Shown piece by piece: positions 57,755 to 64,000 of a DNA stretch of 64,000 nucleotides. The notes beneath the pieces were generated by a model. That model saw only the letters and a program-made list of their open reading frames with translations. It did no database searches and was not told the origin of the DNA. Within the stretch, counting starts at the first letter, position 1. Every line of letters starts with the position of its first letter. The translations under genes were made by a program, and so were the position numbers. The stretch comes from a virus: positions 1 through 64,000 of IMG/VR virus record IMGVR_UViG_3300018005_000012, one strand, 5' to 3'.

Positions 57755-58279
57755 ATGGTCAACTGTAATAGGTGCGGAGTTGAGTTAACTCCTGAAAATT
57801 GGTCTGCAAAAGGAACACATGGATTCAGATGTAAAAATTGCCATGCCTTAACAATGAGAGAATGGCGACAAAAGAACCCACAAAAGGTTCTAGACTATCG
57901 CAAAGACTACGGTAACACTCATAGAAAGGAGATTCGTGAAGGAGATGCACGACACAGAGAAAGAGCCAAAATTATCGTCAACGAATACTATTCTAATGGA
58001 ACGAATGCGTGTGCAGACCCCCATCATTTGCATCTTCCCAATGACCCCATTGCTCGTGATATTCGTGCTCTTGAGATAGACCACATCGGAGATGATGGAC
58101 AAGACGAGAGAAAGAAACTTGGAAAGGTAGGGTCTGGATGGCTATTCTACGATTGGCTCATTAAACACAACTTTCCAAAGGGATACCAAGTGTTATGTGC
58201 CAGTTGTAACCGTATTAAGCAAATAGAACACCTTAAGAGAGAACGCTTAAATAGGTTAAAGCAGATACCCCTGCCATGA
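57755..58279 (+). CDS. HNH-type homing endonuclease, RALxIDHI family copy 3
   Basis: CNRCGVELTPENW...DIRALEIDHI...WLIKHNFPKGYQVLCASCN. Confidence 0.82.
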   Translation: MVNCNRCGVELTPENWSAKGTHGFRCKNCHALTMREWRQKNPQKVLDYRKDYGNTHRKEIREGDARHRERAKIIVNEYYSNGTNACADPHHLHLPNDPIARDIRALEIDHIGDDGQDERKKLGKVGSGWLFYDWLIKHNFPKGYQVLCASCNRIKQIEHLKRERLNRLKQIPLP

Positions 58280-58590
58280 GACTCGTAAAGAGAGGTGATA
58301 AAACAATTGGCATATAGGAATCCTGATAGAGAAGACCCTGATAGCCATAGTTGCTTTCGGTAAGGCTCGTGAGATACAGCGAAGGACTGGCATCCTTCTA
58401 GGTCTGGAGAGTCATTCTATCATTTCTGAGATGTGTAGGCTCTGGGGTGTTAACAACGCAGACGAGTTCTATATGAGGATGAACTCAATGACCAATGCCG
58501 AACTTATAGCGGCTGTGGATGCGGCCAAGGCCAGACTAAGAAAGAAGAAAGGATTGACGGTGGCAGACCAAATAGAGGTGTTGGCTGGAG

Positions 58591-59262
58591 TTGCCTGATT
58601 CTCGCAAACTTTCCGACATTGAGAAGCAACTCGTCCAACAGAGCATTCAGAGGCACATGGACGAACTCTTCCAGTGGACTCAGGTGAAGATGGCTCTCCG
58701 TCTGCTTAAGGAAGACGAGGGCATAAATCAGGACGAATTGAAGTATGTGGAACAGGGGTTGAACGGGGTCTTCAACAACATCCTCAGAGACATCGTGCCA
58801 AGAGTGGAGAAGAGAAAGAAGACCTTCATTGAGATGACGGATGAAGACTTCGGTGAAATGGTCAAATCCGACCCTCTACTCTCTTACTTCCGAAAGGAAG
58901 ATTTCATCTACCACGTTACGGCCCCAGACTACGAAGAGAAGGAGCATCCCATCAAAGACCTCATCTATTCGCCACCTAGCAACAACCGTTTCATGCTAAT
59001 CGCAACCATAGGAAAGGACGCTCATGGCGTAGAGCAGAGTTGGGCAATCGTAGACTCCAATCCAGTCACCCAAGCAGTTGTTTCAACTAACAAAGATGGA
59101 ACTCCCAAAGATACGGTTGCTCACGGAGTCTACCGAATCTACTGTTTCAAGTGTAAGGAGTTCTTTACCTTTGAGTTGAATGCGGGACAAAACGTGGAGC
59201 AGATAGCCTGCGACAAATGCAACTCCACGATAATTGAGAAGAGGTTTAAGGTTCATCAGTAG
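58591..59262 (+). CDS. Hypothetical protein with C-terminal Zn ribbon
   Basis: CFKC...CDKC; upstream of the terminase. Confidence 0.7.
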   Translation: MPDSRKLSDIEKQLVQQSIQRHMDELFQWTQVKMALRLLKEDEGINQDELKYVEQGLNGVFNNILRDIVPRVEKRKKTFIEMTDEDFGEMVKSDPLLSYFRKEDFIYHVTAPDYEEKEHPIKDLIYSPPSNNRFMLIATIGKDAHGVEQSWAIVDSNPVTQAVVSTNKDGTPKDTVAHGVYRIYCFKCKEFFTFELNAGQNVEQIACDKCNSTIIEKRFKVHQ

Positions 59263-59698
59263 TTTCGAGAACGTTGGCAAGAAGATAATTATCTGCCAAG
59301 GCTTTCCATTCCGTTTTTTCGAGAAACCCAAGTCCAGTATTGCAACCATTACAAAGTAAACCTCTTACCTTACCAGTTTTATGATTATGGTCAACTCCAT
59401 ATCCATGTTGAGTTCTTTTCAATGGCTTTTGGCAAATTGCACAAAGACCATTTTGAACTAACCACATTGTCTCAAAATCTTCTAAAGAGAGACCAAGTTT
59501 TTTCAAACGCATAATGAGAAATTCTTGTTTATCTCGTCTCTTAATGTGCCGAAGTCTTTCCTTTGCCTGTAGTTGTTCTCTATGTGATTTACGATATTCT
59601 CGATTGTATTCGTTCCAGTGCTCCCTATTTTTACGTCTCCATTCTCTGCAATATTCCTTATTATCATAAGGCATATAATTACCATAATACAGACTCAC
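59246..59698 (-). CDS. Endonuclease VII-like homing endonuclease
   Basis: QNGLCAIC...VDHNHKTGKVRGLLCNGCNTGLG. Confidence 0.9.
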   Translation of the reverse strand: MSLYYGNYMPYDNKEYCREWRRKNREHWNEYNREYRKSHREQLQAKERLRHIKRRDKQEFLIMRLKKLGLSLEDFETMWLVQNGLCAICQKPLKRTQHGYGVDHNHKTGKVRGLLCNGCNTGLGFLEKTEWKALADNYLLANVLETTDEP

Positions 59699-59955
59699 TT
59701 ATAAGTGTTTCCATACTCTTCGGCCAAAGTTTCGTCAAGCCTTTCTGCTATAGAAATCAAATAAGTTAGATAATGATAAAACTCGTGAGCCAATGTTTGT
59801 TTTGAAACATTACTATTTACAACAATGACACATTTCCCAATATCAAATTGGGCTTCAAAATCATCGTGAATTTTGGTGGCCATCACTCCTATATAGGGAA
59901 CACGATACTTTTCACATAAACCATCTATCATTCGTTGGGCTTGTTCATGATTCAT
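59695..59955 (-). CDS. Small HExxH (ImmA/IrrE-like) protein
   Basis: TLAHEFYHY. Confidence 0.6.
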   Translation of the reverse strand: MNHEQAQRMIDGLCEKYRVPYIGVMATKIHDDFEAQFDIGKCVIVVNSNVSKQTLAHEFYHYLTYLISIAERLDETLAEEYGNTYK

Positions 59956-60039
59956 TCAATCACCTTATAAGGCCATAATACAAGACCTTCACCCGCTTAG
60001 TCATAACACTTATAACCACCCCAAACTATATAAACATTC

Positions 60040-61593
60040 ATGAGCAGTGTGAACGAAAGGCTCCTTAAGACCATAGAAACCGAGTTCGGTCAAATCAAGG
60101 ACATACAGCCAAAGGACGTAGAGTTAGACCTTAGTGACCCCGTTACATTTGTTGAGAAGTATGTGACCCTGCCAGAGAAGGCCCCACCCGAACAGAAGAC
60201 TTGGTTCGAGAAGCGGCCTTGGCTTCCAGAACTCTACCGAGATGAGAGCAAACGAATCGTCATAGTCAAGGGCAGACAGATGGAAGTCTCCGAGTATGCT
60301 GTCAATATGCTCTTCTATTGGGGTCTCAAGTGGCCGGGAAAGTATATCTACGCTTCATCTTCGGGTGAGAAGGCAGACAACTTCAGCCACGATAGGTTCC
60401 AAAAGCAACTGCTCCGAAGCCCCACTCTTCAAGCCCTCACAAGAGGGCAGGCTGTCAGAAGGATTGTCTATGGCAACTCTCAACTCTACTTCATGACAGG
60501 CTATGAAGACACCAAAACCTTGAGAAGCATTGACGCTGATGGCATCATTCTAGACGAGTTCCAAGACTATAGAGCCAACTCCGTCCCTATCGCAGAAGAG
60601 GGCATCCAACACAGTGCTCTGAAGAGGCTGTGGGTAATCGGAACGCCTCTGCTAACCGGAACCAACTTCTCCAATCTCTGGGATAACAGCACAAAGAAGG
60701 AATGGAAGGTGGATAAACAAGTGTGGGAAGTGGAGAATCCTGAGTCCGATAAGGCATGGACTGGATACCACATCAGTCAAGATTTCGCTGTGAATGTCTG
60801 GATTACACCAGAAGACATGGAATACAGACGCAAGAAGAAGCCACGACAGGAGTTCATGAACGAGGTCTTGGGGCTATTCTATGCTGGTCTTGGCAGACCA
60901 ACTGACTACGGTTACATGAGAACCCTCTTCAGTCCGGTCTTGACGAAGGGACAGTTTGCGGCAAACGATTTGCTACTGGCTGGTGTAGATTGGGGTGTCT
61001 CAAAGGCCAACACCGTCTTCTACGTCATCCGTCCCCGCCTCTTGGAGTTACCAGACATCTACACTCTCGACACCATCTACATCGAGAAGGTGGAAGACCC
61101 AGACCTCACCAAACAGATTACCAGAGTGGCCACCCTGCTCAAGACCTTTCCCATAAGACTAGCCATGCTAGACTATGGTTCAGGCTTCGTCCAGAATCAG
61201 ACACTCTTCAAGGAGTTCGGCAATCGTGTGATGCAAGTGGAGTTGGGCAGTGGCAAAGCGGGCCAACCCATCACCATTGAAAACACACCTTTTGGCAGAT
61301 TTGTGAAGGTGAACAGAACGTGGGCCATTGACACGGCTATGGATTACGTCACCAAACCAGAGAGGTTCAGAATCTACAGTGAGGTAGATGAAGGAACACG
61401 AGACTGGATTATCAGCGACTTCCTAGCGGAGTATCCAGAGAACAGCACGACTACGGGCAAGAAGATATGGGTTCACAACCCCGATACCACCGATGACGTT
61501 CTCATGGCCTTCGTCAACGCTGTAATAGGCTTCCACCTTCAGAAGGGCTCCACGGTATCGGGAAATGCCGAAGACTGGATTTCCTTCGTCTAG
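60040..61593 (+). CDS. terL: Terminase large subunit
   Basis: KGRQMEVSE Walker A region, IILDEFQD Walker B, IGTP, FMNEVLG, AGVDWG and DDVLMA nuclease motifs. Confidence 0.9.
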   Translation: MSSVNERLLKTIETEFGQIKDIQPKDVELDLSDPVTFVEKYVTLPEKAPPEQKTWFEKRPWLPELYRDESKRIVIVKGRQMEVSEYAVNMLFYWGLKWPGKYIYASSSGEKADNFSHDRFQKQLLRSPTLQALTRGQAVRRIVYGNSQLYFMTGYEDTKTLRSIDADGIILDEFQDYRANSVPIAEEGIQHSALKRLWVIGTPLLTGTNFSNLWDNSTKKEWKVDKQVWEVENPESDKAWTGYHISQDFAVNVWITPEDMEYRRKKKPRQEFMNEVLGLFYAGLGRPTDYGYMRTLFSPVLTKGQFAANDLLLAGVDWGVSKANTVFYVIRPRLLELPDIYTLDTIYIEKVEDPDLTKQITRVATLLKTFPIRLAMLDYGSGFVQNQTLFKEFGNRVMQVELGSGKAGQPITIENTPFGRFVKVNRTWAIDTAMDYVTKPERFRIYSEVDEGTRDWIISDFLAEYPENSTTTGKKIWVHNPDTTDDVLMAFVNAVIGFHLQKGSTVSGNAEDWISFV

Positions 61594-61610
61594 TAGGCTT
61601 TAAATAAGAC

Positions 61611-61626
61611 GAGTATTATAATACTC
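61611..61626. promoter_or_regulatory. Perfect 16-bp palindrome between TATA and start codon
   Basis: GAGTATTATAATACTC. Confidence 0.7.
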
Positions 61627-61628
61627 AT

Positions 61629-62072
61629 ATGGATTGGTCTTACGTTGCTGGTCTGTTTGATGGGGAAGGTAGTGTTACATTCCTCAAAAATAAGGGGAGT
61701 TTCCATCTTATGATAAGCATTTCGGCTTCACATCAACCAACTCGACAAGCATTGGAAGAGTTCTTAACTCAGAGGGGGATTAGTTCGTCTACTTCCACTA
61801 CCAAAAATCCTTTGGGTCAAAGTAGTCGTATCGTAATAGAAAACTGGGATGGAGCAAGAAAGTTTTGTCATGCCATTCTTCCTTATGTAATCGAGAAGAA
61901 ACGTCATATTGCGATAGTATTCAAGATTTTCCAATTAAGAACAAAAGTGGCCTTGAATGATGAGATGTTTATCTCTCATACTGCCGAATTTGACGCTTTG
62001 CGGCAAGAACTTCATGCTCTAGCCAACAAAGGGCCGTCCCTTAAGAGAGAGTGGGAAAACACCTTTAAATAG
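61629..62072 (+). CDS. Single-motif LAGLIDADG homing endonuclease
   Basis: WSYVAGLFDGEGSV...ILPYVIEKK. Confidence 0.9.
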   Translation: MDWSYVAGLFDGEGSVTFLKNKGSFHLMISISASHQPTRQALEEFLTQRGISSSTSTTKNPLGQSSRIVIENWDGARKFCHAILPYVIEKKRHIAIVFKIFQLRTKVALNDEMFISHTAEFDALRQELHALANKGPSLKREWENTFK

Positions 62073-62096
62073 TTCCCTCACCCTAATCATGTTAGT

Positions 62097-63683
62097 ATGG
62101 CACAGCCCCCAGATGAAGGAGTCATTCCTAGAGACCCAACAGTTTGGAATTACATTGAACCGAGTGCTCCTGCTCCAGAACCAGAGGCCCAACCACTAAG
62201 TCCTGAGACAGCACAATCTACACCTGCTCCTTACGATACAATAAATGTTGCTTTGGACGGATGGGAATATCGCATCTTCACAGAATGGTTGGGCGAAGAC
62301 GAGATAGAGCAAAAGAAGAATGTGGACATCTTCCTTGACATACTTAAAAAGTATGACTCCTCTGCGTCAGCCACTCATGAGAAATCTAAGAAACATTCCG
62401 GCTACTCTTGGGTATTTCGTTTCGGCTTGCTTGGCGACCCTGCAAACGTGACAGAAGCAATCGAGAATACCGATGCCCAACTCCTTAGTATGACCTCAAA
62501 TTGGAAAGTAAAAAACGGAACAGCGAAAGCACTTGTGAAAAGGATGGATGGAACAGAAGACGTTTACGAACTTCCTCCAGACCTAATCTCTTCCGACATC
62601 GCCACCACCATGTATAGACTTCTAGACTTGGTGCAAACTGGCGGGACTAAACCATCCCCTGAGACTGAATCCAGAACCTCAGAACTCCGCCAAATGACAT
62701 CTCCCGATTCTGATGAGTATTGCACAGAGCATAATAAGACGGGTGCAGAACACACCGATGAAGAGAGAGAACAAGACATATTAGGAGCAAAAGGAGAGGA
62801 AGGCTATCCAGAGGACAGAGTTGATATGAAATTGTCATACCCCTCAAGACCAGAACCAGTGCCAGAGCCAGAAGAGAAAGAACCGCTTATAGACATTCCG
62901 AGTCTTGTTGAAGGTATACAAAGAGGAGAGAAAGAGGACGAGGCTGGTCACAAGTGCCCAAATTGTGGGTCATACAATACCACCCCAATAAACGAAGCAA
63001 AAACTCAATACAGATGTCTGGACTGTCACGAGCCTTGGGAGTGTGAGAAATGCACCAAAGATTGGGAGAAGAGTGAAGATGATGGCATCGCTAGTCTTGA
63101 GTCAGAATTAGAAGGTTTAGAGACTGCCATTCAGAGCATGGACTTTGGAAATAAGAGTTGGACTCCGGGCTATCAGGCCGTTCCAAAGGCTCTGACTGAA
63201 GGTAAAGAGCCATTCAAACACAAACCAATCAAACCACGAATGGGAGACCTGCCCGGTTCCGAGACCACTGAATTTGACGAAACTGGAAGACCCAAGCAAT
63301 ATCCCTATCTTGAACAAGAACCCATGCCAGAGCCAGAGCCGCAACCCGACTGGGGCAGATGGAAAAAGGACGTAGATACCTACAGCACAGAGATGTCCAA
63401 TCTCATTGACACCGTTCTCAAAATCGGAGACGACCCAACAGGGACTCCTGAGGCGATAGAAAAGACTGGAAAGGTAGCCGCAGACAGAATGAAAGAGATT
63501 GTGGATTGGGCAACAGAGTTGCTTGAGAAGGTCACAAAACAGATGGAAACCTCTCTAGACGCAGGCCCAGACCCAGAGTATATCATAGACAGTCTCCAGA
63601 ACATGATTGACTACGGGAACCGTTTCCATATGCTTCTCATCCAAAGTCAAGAGAAGGCTAAGACGATGAGCATCCCACAGTAG
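62097..63683 (+). CDS. Acidic, Pro/Glu-rich Zn-finger protein
   Basis: CPNC...CLDC, CEKC; low-complexity linkers; late-type promoter. Confidence 0.7.
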   Translation: MAQPPDEGVIPRDPTVWNYIEPSAPAPEPEAQPLSPETAQSTPAPYDTINVALDGWEYRIFTEWLGEDEIEQKKNVDIFLDILKKYDSSASATHEKSKKHSGYSWVFRFGLLGDPANVTEAIENTDAQLLSMTSNWKVKNGTAKALVKRMDGTEDVYELPPDLISSDIATTMYRLLDLVQTGGTKPSPETESRTSELRQMTSPDSDEYCTEHNKTGAEHTDEEREQDILGAKGEEGYPEDRVDMKLSYPSRPEPVPEPEEKEPLIDIPSLVEGIQRGEKEDEAGHKCPNCGSYNTTPINEAKTQYRCLDCHEPWECEKCTKDWEKSEDDGIASLESELEGLETAIQSMDFGNKSWTPGYQAVPKALTEGKEPFKHKPIKPRMGDLPGSETTEFDETGRPKQYPYLEQEPMPEPEPQPDWGRWKKDVDTYSTEMSNLIDTVLKIGDDPTGTPEAIEKTGKVAADRMKEIVDWATELLEKVTKQMETSLDAGPDPEYIIDSLQNMIDYGNRFHMLLIQSQEKAKTMSIPQ

Positions 63684-63720
63684 TCAAATCTTTAAATACT
63701 AAGAGAGACATACCCTTGCC

Positions 63721-64000
63721 ATGAGTCTTCCAGATGAAGTTCCAAAGACTGAGGCTCAGGTCATGGAGGTAATGAGAAACCTATTCTCATCCACATATGC
63801 TCTCGATAAACCCGACAGAGAACTTGTTTTCCGTCTCATGCAATATGGGAAGGATAAGGTCGGATTGGAGAAGGAAGAGATAGCCCTGCTCCAAGCGAAA
63901 GGACTGATGGATAAGGACGAGACTTTCCTCATTCCAGATGAGTTCTGGTTCAGAGGCTTGGTAACGCCTTCCTTCTGGCTTAAGTGTTTGTTGGCCTTTC
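63721..64000 (+). CDS. Hypothetical protein, truncated by window end
   Basis: ATG 63721 after TTTAAATA; open to the end of the window. Confidence 0.6.
   Translation, partial: MSLPDEVPKTEAQVMEVMRNLFSSTYALDKPDRELVFRLMQYGKDKVGLEKEEIALLQAKGLMDKDETFLIPDEFWFRGLVTPSFWLKCLLAF

Larger units (their letters stand above)
1..64000. mobile_element. Segment of an archaeal tailed dsDNA virus genome (Caudoviricetes-like, probably siphovirus-type tail)
   Basis: Terminase large subunit, portal, tail tube, tail chaperone and tape measure genes together with archaeal-type replication genes and TATA promoters; no host housekeeping genes, no integrase seen. Confidence 0.93.

Noticed and set aside
42059-61593. Inteins or group I introns in polB and terL
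   Set aside because: Both are continuous and of normal length with no intein motifs; the nearby endonucleases are free-standing
7333-63604. Numerous antisense or alternate-frame ORFs in the track (e.g. 17783..18364, 18968..19537, 35192..35698, 50299..50928)
   Set aside because: Shadow ORFs of well-supported genes with no promoters or motifs
1-64000. Major capsid protein, integrase, reverse transcriptase/DGR, alternative genetic code
   Set aside because: No supporting motifs seen; long genes translate intact with the standard code

Overview
This 64-kb window is part of the genome of a tailed dsDNA virus (Caudoviricetes-type) that infects an archaeon. Archaeal features include TATA-box promoters about 25-30 nt upstream of start codons, PolB, split PriS/PriX primase, an MCM-like helicase, RPA, a RadA-like ATPase, an ERCC4/XPF nuclease and an Ard1-type acetyltransferase. 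Layout: (i) 1-3.6 kb, small leftward genes interleaved with four separately promoted, highly structured non-coding RNAs; (ii) 3.7-4.8 kb, an ORF-free strand-switch region with ORB-like (Orc1/Cdc6-box) repeats, 11-bp iterons and about 12 TATA boxes, a probable replication origin; (iii) 5-26.7 kb, a rightward accessory region with two COOH-NH2 amidoligases, a class II glutamine amidotransferase and an ATP-grasp ligase, followed by dozens of micro-ORFs (many Zn fingers), RNase HI and a nucleotidyltransferase; (iv) 27-45 kb, an FtsK/HerA-like ATPase, portal, RPA, a JAB/MPN protease, a Thr-rich surface protein and the replisome; (v) 45-55 kb, a leftward tail module with a -1 frameshifted chaperone and a very short tape measure; (vi) 55-64 kb, acetyltransferase, nucleases, terminase large subunit and several free-standing homing endonucleases. 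No major capsid protein, integrase, tRNA or CRISPR array was recognised. The most striking unexplained signal is a shared N-terminal peptide, consensus M-[S/T/A]-L-A-N-x-x-E-L, on at least seven otherwise unrelated small proteins spread over 41 kb and conserved at protein rather than DNA level. All product calls come from motif recognition by eye; no database searches were run.
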